A stretch of DNA of 64,000 nt from Thermotogota bacterium (lineage in GTDB: Bacteria; Thermotogota; Thermotogae; Petrotogales; Petrotogaceae). Each line of letters begins with the position of its first letter. Position 1 is the first letter of the stretch. The notes under the pieces are model-generated. The model worked only from the letters and a program-made list of their open reading frames with translations. It was not told the origin of the DNA and made no database searches. The position numbers were made by a program, and so were the translations under genes. The stretch spans positions 1-64,000 of the forward strand of contig JBNJGY010000001.1 in assembly GCA_051748045.1 (NCBI GenBank), given 5' to 3'. Of this stretch, positions 19,624 through 29,099 are shown in pieces.

Positions 19624-20225
19624 TCATCACTCCCAAGAAGATCTTTTAATTTGTTGATGGTATTATTGATTATTTCATTCATAGACTGAGACGTGTTTGT
19701 CGCTCCCGTTATTGAATCGAATTCTGAATTTTCAGAATTATAATCACCATCACCACCAATATTTATTGTTATTCCGTCTTCAGAAATTTTAAGGTTTCTA
19801 AATTGGTCTCTAAACCATTTTTCTTCTATTCTCCCACCTAATCCAGGAGTTTCATTATGAGAAATTATGTCTAACCCAATTATTCTAGTAACATCTTGAT
19901 TTACAGAAATTACTCCTTCAACCATGCCCCATAAAGCATTACCTGAAAACCTATATGCATATATTGTTTGACTATTTTCTGTTTTAGAAAATAGTTTTTC
20001 TTCATCTATAGTTATTTCTTCTAGATTTTCAAATATTTCAATAGCTTGTTCTCCTGACTCATATTCAATGTCCATAGCGTTTAAAAAAGCTCTAACTTCA
20101 AACAATCTATCATTGATCTCTACTCTTTCTTTTGTGATGTCATTTGCAAATGCCAAAACAAACACAAAAATAAAACTAACTATAAAAGTAAATATAATTG
20201 TATATATTTTCCCTTGCTTATTCAT
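19620..20225 (-). CDS. nqrC: NqrC/RnfG FMN-binding subunit
   Basis: N-terminal TM, LWG, HNETPGLG and ITGATNTS flavinylation motif. Confidence 0.85.
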   Translation of the reverse strand: MNKQGKIYTIIFTFIVSFIFVFVLAFANDITKERVEINDRLFEVRAFLNAMDIEYESGEQAIEIFENLEEITIDEEKLFSKTENSQTIYAYRFSGNALWGMVEGVISVNQDVTRIIGLDIISHNETPGLGGRIEEKWFRDQFRNLKISEDGITINIGGDGDYNSENSEFDSITGATNTSQSMNEIINNTINKLKDLLGSDE

Positions 20226-21109
20226 GACTTCACCTTCTTTTTTAACTTAATTTGGTCTAGAAGAGAAGCAAATGTATTTCCCATTAAAACTCCAAAACTT
20301 GTTCCTTCTGGAAATAATGAGAATGTTCTCACTAATACAGTGGTGACTCCTATTATCATTCCATAAAACCATTGAGAAGAAGATTTTTTCGGAGCTGATA
20401 CTGGGTCGGTTGCCATAAAAACAGTAACGAATATTAAAGAACCAGACATCAAAGCTTTAACAGGAGGTAAAGCTGAATCTACTCCACCCCAATATAACGC
20501 TCCAGTCAAAACTGCTGTAGTTAAAAATGTTGAGAGAATAATTCTCCAACTAGCAGTTTTTGTCCAAATTAAGTAAACAGCTGCCAATGCTATTAATAAT
20601 ATTGAACTTTCACCAAACGAACCTGCTCTAAATCCTAAAAATAAATCTAAGTTCGATACTTCTTCTCCAGCTCTCAACAAAGCCAAAGGAGTTGCTGATG
20701 AAACAGCATCTATTCCAAAATTTCCTGGTTCTATCCATCCTGTAGTCATAAGATTAGCAAAAGTAATGTAAATAAAAATTCTTCCTGTTATGGCAGGATT
20801 AAAAATATTTCTACCAAATCCACCATAAACTTCTTTACCAATCAAAACCCCAAAGACAGTACCTATTACTGCTACCCACCAAGGAGTTTGTGGTGGAAGT
20901 GATAATACTAATAACATATTAGTTACTAAAACTGCTTCTGAGACTTTTTTATTTCTTCTTTTTTCCATTATCCATTCTGTAATTATACCTGCACCAAAGA
21001 CAAATATAGATAACCATAATAGTCTTACTCCATACAGATAAATCGCAAAAAGATAAATTGGTATTAATGAGTAAATTACTCTTCTCATCATTATCTGTTT
21101 TTGAAACAC
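20222..21109 (-). CDS. nqrB: NqrB/RnfD membrane subunit (short form)
   Basis: KEVYGGFGRNIFNPA, SSATPL FMN-Thr motif, GSFGESS and FMATDPVSAP. Confidence 0.82.
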   Translation of the reverse strand: MFQKQIMMRRVIYSLIPIYLFAIYLYGVRLLWLSIFVFGAGIITEWIMEKRRNKKVSEAVLVTNMLLVLSLPPQTPWWVAVIGTVFGVLIGKEVYGGFGRNIFNPAITGRIFIYITFANLMTTGWIEPGNFGIDAVSSATPLALLRAGEEVSNLDLFLGFRAGSFGESSILLIALAAVYLIWTKTASWRIILSTFLTTAVLTGALYWGGVDSALPPVKALMSGSLIFVTVFMATDPVSAPKKSSSQWFYGMIIGVTTVLVRTFSLFPEGTSFGVLMGNTFASLLDQIKLKKKVKS

Positions 21110-21321
21110 TTTTTCACCCCCAACAATTTTTATAAATTAATATATTTTTAATAATCCTCATTATATTTTAACATATAAAGAGCAGTTTGACAATGTTTTG
21201 GGCTTTTATTTTGTTTTGTTTACAAAATAAATTAAGGTATAATTAAACTAAAACAACATAATTATTGTCTGTATATAAGCTATAGTTTTTTTATAATACA
21301 CTTATTTTGGAGGCGAAAAAT

Positions 21322-22530
21322 ATGGAAAAAATGATTGATAATTTTTTAAAATTTGTAAAAATAGAAACAACTTCTGATGATTTATCGAGCACTTTCCCAA
21401 GTACTCAAACTCAAATAGCCTTTGCTAATATTTTAAAAGAATATTTGAAAGATATAGGGATGGAAGAAATTGAATTAGATAGTAACGGATATTTGATGGC
21501 TTCTTTACCTTCAAATAATCCAAATATTAAAGAAGTTATTGGTTTTGTAGCACATATGGATACATCGCCTGATATGTCAGCTGAAAATGTAAATCCCAGA
21601 ATTGTAGATTATAATGGAGGCGATATTGTACTTAATGAAGATGAAAATATTGTTCTAAAAGAAAAAGAATACCCAGAAATTAAAAATTATATTGGCCAAA
21701 AACTAATAGTTACAGATGGATTATCTTTATTAGGTGCTGATGATAAAGCTGGAGTGGTTGAAATATTATCTGCGATTGAATTTTTTCTAGAAAATCCCGA
21801 AGTAAAACATGGTAAAATTAGAATTTGCTTCACTCCTGATGAAGAAATAGGTAAAGGTGCTGACAAATTTGATGTCGAAAAGTTTGGCGCAGATTTTGCT
21901 TACACAATTGATGGTGGTCCGATTGGAGAATTCAGTATTGAAAATTTCAATGCAGCTACTGCAAAAATAGAAGTTTTTGGAAATAGTGTTCACCCAGGAA
22001 CTGCAAAGGACAAGATGATCAATGCAATTTTAGTAGCTAATGAATTCATTAATATGTTCCCTGAATTTGAAAAACCTGAACACACTGAGAACCATGAAGG
22101 ATTTTATCACTTCGTAAATCTTGAAGGTAAGGCTGAACGTAGTTCTTTAACAATGATTATAAGAGATCATGACCAAGACTTTTTTGAACACAGAAAAAAA
22201 GAAACTTTGAAACATGTAGACTTCATAAATAAAAAATATGGAAATGTTTTGAAAATAGACATAACAGATTCTTACTACAACATGAAAAATATTGTTTTAA
22301 AAAATACAAAAATAATAGATTTAGCCAAATCAGCATATGAAAAAAATAATGTTGAATTTAAACAGATCCCAATAAGAGGTGGAACAGATGGAGCAAGACT
22401 TTCTTATATGGGTCTACCTTGTCCAAATATTTTTACAGGTGGACATAATTACCACGGTAAATTTGAATATATTCCTATTGAATCAATGAAAAAAGCTAGA
22501 GACATAATTATTGATATTATAAAAGGTTAA
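21322..22530 (+). CDS. pepT: Peptidase T
   Basis: AHMDTSPD, LGADDKAG, TPDEEIG, IRGGTDG and GGHNYHG. Confidence 0.95.
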   Translation: MEKMIDNFLKFVKIETTSDDLSSTFPSTQTQIAFANILKEYLKDIGMEEIELDSNGYLMASLPSNNPNIKEVIGFVAHMDTSPDMSAENVNPRIVDYNGGDIVLNEDENIVLKEKEYPEIKNYIGQKLIVTDGLSLLGADDKAGVVEILSAIEFFLENPEVKHGKIRICFTPDEEIGKGADKFDVEKFGADFAYTIDGGPIGEFSIENFNAATAKIEVFGNSVHPGTAKDKMINAILVANEFINMFPEFEKPEHTENHEGFYHFVNLEGKAERSSLTMIIRDHDQDFFEHRKKETLKHVDFINKKYGNVLKIDITDSYYNMKNIVLKNTKIIDLAKSAYEKNNVEFKQIPIRGGTDGARLSYMGLPCPNIFTGGHNYHGKFEYIPIESMKKARDIIIDIIKG

Positions 22531-22565
22531 ACAAAAGCCTCGATTAAAAATCGAGGCTTTTGTTT
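22529..22565. terminator. Bidirectional terminator
   Basis: aaacaaaagcctcgatt-aaa-aatcgaggcttttgttt. Confidence 0.9.
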
Positions 22566-22571
22566 TATTTC

Positions 22572-23144
22572 TTATTTTTGAAATATTTCCTTATTTAGAT
22601 CTAATTTAGATCCTCCCATAAGATCTTCCATTGCTTTTAAATAATGTTCTTTATCTATTCCTGGTATTAAATTATTTTCAGAAATATTTTTTAAAATAAC
22701 TATATTCTGCATTCTTGCTTCTTTTAATTCATCATCAAAAACTTTATATAACTTTATTTTTCTTCTTTTTGCTTCTTTCTCAATTTCTTTATGGGTAGTT
22801 TCTTTATCATCACCCAATCTCACAAATAGAGTTTGCCAAGAAGTATCATAATATATTAAATTACTATCATTTTTCGAAAATGTATTCATACCTCTCATTG
22901 CTTCAGTCTTTTCAAGAGAAATAACTAGATCAGCTGTTCCTTTTCTGATCAAAGAAGCATGTACATTCTTGCCAACTCTTAAGTGAGATTCAACAGTCCC
23001 TCCTCTTTGAGCCAATCCATGAGTATCAACACCTTTTGCTTTTAATCCTGCATAATCAGCAGCTCTAATTAAAATTTCACTTAAAAGGCCTATTCCTTGG
23101 CCTCCAACACCAATCATATATATATTAAAAATATCTTTCATCAC
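22572..23144 (-). CDS. iorB: Indolepyruvate:ferredoxin oxidoreductase beta subunit
   Basis: GVGGQG and HGLAQRGGTVESH. Confidence 0.88.
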   Translation of the reverse strand: MMKDIFNIYMIGVGGQGIGLLSEILIRAADYAGLKAKGVDTHGLAQRGGTVESHLRVGKNVHASLIRKGTADLVISLEKTEAMRGMNTFSKNDSNLIYYDTSWQTLFVRLGDDKETTHKEIEKEAKRRKIKLYKVFDDELKEARMQNIVILKNISENNLIPGIDKEHYLKAMEDLMGGSKLDLNKEIFQK

Positions 23145-23156
23145 TCTTCCCCCTTT

Positions 23157-25022
23157 TTATCTTTTTTCATGTTTAATAGCTGTTACCGGACATGTTTGAA
23201 TACATGATCCATCTCCGATACATAAATCAGGATGAACATGAATATCCCCATTTTCATCTTTTTGGAATGTTGGACAAGCAAAGTCTTCAACACATACATA
23301 ACTATGATCACAAACATTTTGGTCTATATAAACTTTATGAGCTTTATAATTCCCTTTTCTTCTTTGTTCACGAGTAAATTTAAGCATACAAGGATGTTTA
23401 GCTATAATTACACTAAATCCTTTTTCTTTTGTAGATTCTTGAACCATTTGATATAGTTTGGTTTGAGAATAAGCGTCAACTTCTCTTACATTTTCAACAC
23501 CAAATCCTTCTAACATTTTTTTGATTGGTATTTTATCTGTTAACTCGTTGAAGTTATGACCAGTTCCTGGATGATTTTGATGACCAGTCATAGCTGTAGT
23601 ACCATTTTCCATTATAATAAGAGTTAAATTATGATTGTTAAATAATGCATTTACAATTCCAGGTAACCCTGCATGGAATAAAGTTGAATCACCAAGAAAA
23701 GCAACTACTTTTCTATTATCGTTAAATAATGATAACCCCGATGCTGTACCAACTGAATGACCCATAGATAATAGTACCTGACCCATTTCATATGGAGGTA
23801 AAAACCCTAAAGTATGACAACCAATATCAGCGACAGTTATGTCATTTTTATCTAATGCTTTTTTGATTGCATAAAAAGCTGATCTATGGCCACATCCTGG
23901 ACATAGTTGAGCTGGTCTAATTGAAACTTCAGGTGTATTTATTTCTAATTCAATAGGTTCTAAGATATCTTCCCATTCATTTCTTAAAACATCATACACT
24001 TTTTCTGGAGTATATTCTCCAATCCATTCTTCTGAATCTTTCTTACCTGTAATTTTAACTTTAATATCATTTTCAAAAGCAATAACCTTAACTTCTTTTT
24101 CAATAATATCATCTAATTCTTCAATTATTTTTACATGTTCATGAGATTTCAAAAATTCTATTATTTGTTTTTCATTTAATGGATGTACAGCAGCTAATTT
24201 TAAAATATCTGGTTTATATTTAGCCTCTTCTAGTACATCAATTACTGATAAATAAGGAACTCCCATTGTTATTATTCCTTTTTTCTTGTTATTATTATTA
24301 TAAAATTTATTTAATTTACTAATTTTTGGTTTGATATCTTTAAGCTTTTGTAAGGCTTTTCTTTTCATTGGGTATACCTTTTCTGTAATTGGAATGTATG
24401 GGCCATTTTTTGGATCGAATTTTGATGTTTTGTCAAACTCTTTTTCTTCAAACTTATGAAAATTAACTTTTTCTTTTGCATGACATGTATGTGTAGTTAA
24501 CCTAAGAATTACTGGCATCTTCATCTCTTGGGACATTTCTGCTGCTTGTAAATACATTTCGTATACTTCTTGAGCATTGGAAGGTTCTAATACAGGCATA
24601 TAAGTCATTTTTGCATAATGTCTATTATCTTGTTCGTTTTGTGATGAATTTGCCCCTGGATCATCACCAATAACAACAACCATACCTCCTGTTAGTTCTA
24701 ATAAAGAAAGTTGTACAAATGAATCAGCTGCAACATTTAGTCCTACACTCTTGAAAAATACTGTTGATAAATGCCCATTTACAGAAGCACCAAAGGCTAA
24801 TTCCAAAGCAACTTTTTCATTTGTTGAAAACTCAAAATAAAATGGTCTTTTTTCTTGTTTTATTGAGCTAATAGCTGAAGCTATTTCTGGAGTAGGTGAA
24901 CCTGGATAAGCAGATACTACTCTAGTTCCAGCTTCTACCATTCCTCTAACTATTGCTGTATTTCCTATTACGATCTCTGAAAAATTTTCATTTTTTAAAA
25001 GCATATCTCCCATGGATTTCAT
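23157..25022 (-). CDS. iorA: Indolepyruvate:ferredoxin oxidoreductase alpha subunit
   Basis: AYPGSPTPE, NEKVALE, SSQNEQD, LCPGCGHR, GDSTLFH and C-terminal ferredoxin domain. Confidence 0.9.
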   Translation of the reverse strand: MKSMGDMLLKNENFSEIVIGNTAIVRGMVEAGTRVVSAYPGSPTPEIASAISSIKQEKRPFYFEFSTNEKVALELAFGASVNGHLSTVFFKSVGLNVAADSFVQLSLLELTGGMVVVIGDDPGANSSQNEQDNRHYAKMTYMPVLEPSNAQEVYEMYLQAAEMSQEMKMPVILRLTTHTCHAKEKVNFHKFEEKEFDKTSKFDPKNGPYIPITEKVYPMKRKALQKLKDIKPKISKLNKFYNNNNKKKGIITMGVPYLSVIDVLEEAKYKPDILKLAAVHPLNEKQIIEFLKSHEHVKIIEELDDIIEKEVKVIAFENDIKVKITGKKDSEEWIGEYTPEKVYDVLRNEWEDILEPIELEINTPEVSIRPAQLCPGCGHRSAFYAIKKALDKNDITVADIGCHTLGFLPPYEMGQVLLSMGHSVGTASGLSLFNDNRKVVAFLGDSTLFHAGLPGIVNALFNNHNLTLIIMENGTTAMTGHQNHPGTGHNFNELTDKIPIKKMLEGFGVENVREVDAYSQTKLYQMVQESTKEKGFSVIIAKHPCMLKFTREQRRKGNYKAHKVYIDQNVCDHSYVCVEDFACPTFQKDENGDIHVHPDLCIGDGSCIQTCPVTAIKHEKR

Positions 25023-25107
25023 AAGATCTCCCCTTTCTTAAAATTTGATATTTTATTTTAATTTTTGTTTACATATATATAAATTATATCATCATTCACA
25101 TAAATAT

Positions 25108-25136
25108 AAAAGAGGATACCTGTTAAGGTATCCTCT
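25108..25136 (-). terminator. Terminator after KamA-family gene
   Basis: agaggatacct-gtta-aggtatcctct with a U-tract on the minus strand. Confidence 0.75.
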
Positions 25137-25141
25137 ATAAT

Positions 25142-26239
25142 TTAATATTTACATTTCTCAATTAGCTCTGAATAATCGTCAAACCAAAAAGCCTCTGGAT
25201 TTCTTTTATAAATAAAAAATTTGCCATAATCTTTATCTCTTGCAGCTCTATGGTATCTAAAAATAATATGGTCTTTTGTTAAAGCAGAAATTTCTATTTT
25301 TCCTGTTCTATGAGACATTACAAACTTTGGTCTTTTTGCTAGGCCTGATATTTTTTCTAATGATTTTAAAAATATTGAATATCCTTTTTCAACAGGAATT
25401 ATAAAAGGTTTATTGCCAATTACTGGTCTACCTTGAAATACGTAATATGGTGGAACTCCATAAAAACTTAGTTTTTTAAATAATTCAGATAATATTTTTG
25501 GATCGTTATTGACACCTTTTATTAAAGGAGTTTGGTTTACTGCGATAGCTCCTTTTTTTAATACAAAATCAATTGCTTTTAAAGAAGGTTTTTGAATTTC
25601 TTTTGGATGATTAAAATGCATCATGAAATAAATTCTTTTCTCTTTTAAAGAGAATTCTTCCAATAAATTTAGAAATTCTTTGTCTTCTAATATTCTGTAT
25701 GGATTAAAAGAAAACATTTTAGTACCTATTCTAATTATTTTAATATGATTTATTTTTCTTAATCTTGTGAGTATATTTCTTATTTTATCTGTTGATAATA
25801 AAAGCGGGTCTCCACCTGTCAATAAAACATTAGTTATTTCTTTATGGTTTTCTATATATTCTATTTCTGATTCTATATTTCTTGAAATTTCTTCACCCTG
25901 ATTTATAAAAAGTCTTTTTCTAAAACAAAAACGACAAAAACCACCACACACATCATTTACTAATAATAATACGGTGTCTTTGTATTTGTGTTGAAATCCT
26001 TTTTGTACTGTATAGTACTTTTCAGATGATGCATCCAAACTTCCCCAATCTTCAAGCTCTTCAATTTGGGGAATTATAATTTTTCTTATAGGGTCATTTG
26101 GATTTTCCCAATTAATCAAAGATAAATAATATTCATTTGCTCTAAACTTATATTTTTTTATAACTTTTTTTAAAGAGGCTTTTTCTTCTGAGGTCATATG
26201 ACCCAATTTGTCTATATTTATTAAATATTTAGGATTCAT
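25142..26239 (-). CDS. KamA-family radical SAM aminomutase-like protein
   Basis: HKY, CGGFCRFCFRKR, LLTGGDPL, HFNHP and PYY motifs; GGAGG RBS before ATG 26239. Confidence 0.88.
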   Translation of the reverse strand: MNPKYLINIDKLGHMTSEEKASLKKVIKKYKFRANEYYLSLINWENPNDPIRKIIIPQIEELEDWGSLDASSEKYYTVQKGFQHKYKDTVLLLVNDVCGGFCRFCFRKRLFINQGEEISRNIESEIEYIENHKEITNVLLTGGDPLLLSTDKIRNILTRLRKINHIKIIRIGTKMFSFNPYRILEDKEFLNLLEEFSLKEKRIYFMMHFNHPKEIQKPSLKAIDFVLKKGAIAVNQTPLIKGVNNDPKILSELFKKLSFYGVPPYYVFQGRPVIGNKPFIIPVEKGYSIFLKSLEKISGLAKRPKFVMSHRTGKIEISALTKDHIIFRYHRAARDKDYGKFFIYKRNPEAFWFDDYSELIEKCKY

Positions 26240-26288
26240 ATATGACACCTCCACAATAGTATAAATATATTATTTATGTTCTACCTAT

Positions 26289-26297
26289 ATTATAGCA
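26289..26297 (-). promoter_or_regulatory. Extended -10 for KamA-family gene
   Basis: TGCTATAAT on the minus strand, about 50 nt upstream of the start. Confidence 0.55.
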
Positions 26298-26343
26298 TAT
26301 TAACTTTTTATTTACTTTAACAAAAAAAGATGATGAAAAGTTT

Positions 26344-26844
26344 TTACTTTTCATCATCTTTTATATATTTGTTTATTAAATTATCGATTTCTATTTTTAA
26401 CTTATTTAATGCAAATGGATATGCCATTAAAAAAATGAAGTAAGATAAATATCCAATAATTATAAATAATTTACTATTTAAAATAAACTGAGGAATCAGC
26501 TCAGTAAAATATTCAAATATTATATAATAATTTATTAATGATAATCCAAATACTATAAAAGCATATAAAAAAAACTTTTTTAATATTATAAAAAGAATTA
26601 CCGGCAATAGAAAGAGAAAGAAAATAGAAAAAGATTGTAATTGGAATCCTGAAATAAATAATAAAAATACATAAGATATAGAGAATATTATGCAAAATCT
26701 TTTTTGTAAATATAAAAGAGCAATAGGAGTTATAATAGGAACTACTGTTGGGGCTAACCTTATGTATTGACTAGATAAATACAGTAAATAAAATAAAACT
26801 ACTAATATTGACGTTTTTACTACACTATTTTGATATATTTTCAT
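26344..26844 (-). CDS. Hypothetical multi-pass membrane protein
   Basis: About 5 hydrophobic helices; starts 2 bp after the Cys-rich ORF. Confidence 0.7.
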   Translation of the reverse strand: MKIYQNSVVKTSILVVLFYLLYLSSQYIRLAPTVVPIITPIALLYLQKRFCIIFSISYVFLLFISGFQLQSFSIFFLFLLPVILFIILKKFFLYAFIVFGLSLINYYIIFEYFTELIPQFILNSKLFIIIGYLSYFIFLMAYPFALNKLKIEIDNLINKYIKDDEK

Positions 26845-26846
26845 GT

Positions 26847-27071
26847 TTAGAAAAAGCTACAAATATCTCCACCGAGACATTCACACATAGTATCCGCACA
26901 CACTAATCCACCTAAACATTGTAAACATTGCCCGCAGTCATTACTTCTATATGTATAATGCCCAGCTCTAAAATCTTCTACATCTTTTTTAAATTCTTCA
27001 TCTTTTTTATAACTTGAATATAAACTGCTTATTTTTCCCTTTTTTAAGTTTTCCATTATTTCTTTTTTCAC
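26847..27071 (-). CDS. Small protein with Cys-rich C-terminal tail
   Basis: GGGGGTGG RBS then GTG at 27071; tail [29 protein letters not shown] contains 7 Cys. Confidence 0.75.
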   Translation of the reverse strand: MKKEIMENLKKGKISSLYSSYKKDEEFKKDVEDFRAGHYTYRSNDCGQCLQCLGGLVCADTMCECLGGDICSFF

Positions 27072-27891
27072 TATTTCCACCCCCTACTATTAACTTTGTT
27101 ACTTCCATTCTATGATGTCTCAATGAGAAAGCAAGTAGTTTTTTTACCAAATGATGATTATATTCTGTAAAAACTTGGTAATTTTCCATTATAATTTTAG
27201 CACAGATATCATAAGTTGTTAAAATTTCTTCTATGTCTTTTTCATTTAGTTCTTTAATACTATTAACTTTATAAACTCTTTTTATTGCATTAAATTTATT
27301 TCTTTTTATGTCTTTTTCGAAATCATATATGCTGTCTATCAAATATATTAAATAACCTATGGTATTTGAAAGTATATAATTTTCTTTATCTGGAAAATAG
27401 ATTTCTAAAATTTTCTCAAGAATTTTTTCTGAAGGTCTTGCAAGTTCATCCATATCTTCTGAATATTTTTCTATTTCTGATTGATCTTTAATTAAATCTG
27501 CATATTCTACTAAAAATTTTAAATCAAATTTATCATAAATTTTATCTTCTATTTTTTTTAAAAAATAATCAGCTATTTTATGACCTTCAAATTTATAATC
27601 TAATATTTTACCATAGATTATGAGCAGATTCAAATCACTATATTTATCTAAATATCCATCATGATATGGTTTGTATCTTTTTTGGAAACGCATTAAAGGA
27701 CATTTAAATTCTTTAATTTCATTTGCTTCATTTTGCATCATTGCAAAAAGCACAACTTCTTTTATTATTGTAGGTCTAAAGATATTGCCATAATTCTTTT
27801 TTAAATTATGACAAAGGCCACAATAGTAATTCAAATATGTTTTTCTTTCTTCTTCATTAGGATGAAAATATAAAGATATGTATCCATACAT
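27007..27891 (-). CDS. DUF5685-family protein
   Basis: MYGY..., YYCGLC..LKKNYG, a further Cys (KCPL) and [20 protein letters not shown] match the DUF5685 pattern as I recall it. Confidence 0.75.
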   Translation of the reverse strand: MYGYISLYFHPNEEERKTYLNYYCGLCHNLKKNYGNIFRPTIIKEVVLFAMMQNEANEIKEFKCPLMRFQKRYKPYHDGYLDKYSDLNLLIIYGKILDYKFEGHKIADYFLKKIEDKIYDKFDLKFLVEYADLIKDQSEIEKYSEDMDELARPSEKILEKILEIYFPDKENYILSNTIGYLIYLIDSIYDFEKDIKRNKFNAIKRVYKVNSIKELNEKDIEEILTTYDICAKIIMENYQVFTEYNHHLVKKLLAFSLRHHRMEVTKLIVGGGNSEKRNNGKLKKGKNKQFIFKL

Positions 27892-27892
27892 A

Positions 27893-29095
27893 TTATTTAA
27901 CCTCTATACTATTTTGTGTTGTAATTATTTTTCCTTCTATTTCAACAAAGAAATTTATAAAATATCTTCCAGCTTTATCCAAATCTATTTCTTTTATGTT
28001 TTCTAAATCAAATATTTCCGTAGAACCAAATTCTGATATAAATATTCTTCTTGGTTCTTCAGATTGATAATTAAAAATTTCATCTTCATTATATCTTATA
28101 GTTATTCCATGAGAATTCATCGTTAAACTTTGAGGACTATTAGCATCATTTTCTAAATAAGCTTTGTAATAAAAACTTTGACCTATCTCGAAGGTTTGTA
28201 AAGTGAAATCGTTAATGACTATGTTTTTAGTGCTGTTGTTTATTTCTTCAGCTACATGAAGATTTGATATTATTTTTTTATCCATTGTAGATATATCAAA
28301 CATAACTGTGTAAGTACCTTTTTCAAATGTTCTATCAGATTTTATATCAAATTGAACTGATTCTAAGGGCTGTAATTCTATAGAACCAAAGTTCACTGCT
28401 TGTTCATAAACATTTTTTTCATCTTTTGAATAGATTAATTTGCCAGATACTTCTTTATTGTACATGTCTTTCGAATTATTTTTAAAAGAAACTAAAAAAA
28501 CAGGATTTTCATTTATTAAATAAAAATCTTTTTCAGCGAAAAAATTCAATTTAAAATCTTGTTTATAATTAAATTCTCTGCTTAGATTGACTTTTTGTTC
28601 ATTAAAATCAAAACTGGTATTTATTATATATTCTCCAGCTTCCAGCTCTGCTATATCCTCTTCTTTTTCAAGATCAAAAATTAATCTAGTTTGATAAGGA
28701 TTTAGTTGAGCATTTACTGCATCTTGATAATTAAAATTAAATATTGTTTCTTTATTTTCAGATTTTAATATTTCATATTTAAAATTTTCTATATTAACTT
28801 CTTTATTTCTATTTGTAGTATTTTGCATATTGACTTCTGAAGTTATTTTATCTGGATAAAAAAATTCATCTTCAGAAACCAGATTAAAACTAATTCCATC
28901 TATAACTATATTATATGAAAGATTAAAACGAGATAATTTTGGGCCAAAAAAAGTAAATATCAAAGCTAATATGGCTATAAAAATCATCAAATATATTGTA
29001 TATTTTTTTATAGTTTTATATTTATCTTTTTTCTTTCTTTTTTTTTCTTCATCAATTTTTTCCCATTCTTTTGGACTCTTTGAATAATATTTCAT
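27893..29095 (-). CDS. Hypothetical membrane-anchored protein with about three beta-sandwich (Ig-like) repeats
   Basis: Basic N-terminus, one TM helix, then about 100-aa beta-rich units each ending ...GxY. Confidence 0.65.
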   Translation of the reverse strand: MKYYSKSPKEWEKIDEEKKRKKKDKYKTIKKYTIYLMIFIAILALIFTFFGPKLSRFNLSYNIVIDGISFNLVSEDEFFYPDKITSEVNMQNTTNRNKEVNIENFKYEILKSENKETIFNFNYQDAVNAQLNPYQTRLIFDLEKEEDIAELEAGEYIINTSFDFNEQKVNLSREFNYKQDFKLNFFAEKDFYLINENPVFLVSFKNNSKDMYNKEVSGKLIYSKDEKNVYEQAVNFGSIELQPLESVQFDIKSDRTFEKGTYTVMFDISTMDKKIISNLHVAEEINNSTKNIVINDFTLQTFEIGQSFYYKAYLENDANSPQSLTMNSHGITIRYNEDEIFNYQSEEPRRIFISEFGSTEIFDLENIKEIDLDKAGRYFINFFVEIEGKIITTQNSIEVK

Positions 29096-29099
29096 ATTA

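Noticed and set aside
25142-27071. RiPP cluster of Cys-rich peptide plus neighbouring radical SAM
   Set aside because: The radical SAM is KamA-type with no SPASM or RRE domain and has its own promoter; aminomutases are not peptide maturases.
27007-27080. Programmed frameshift fusing DUF5685 to the Cys-rich ORF
   Set aside because: The small ORF is in the +1 frame, the A-runs are not phased as a -1 slippery site leading to it, and it has its own GGGGGTGG RBS with a GTG start.
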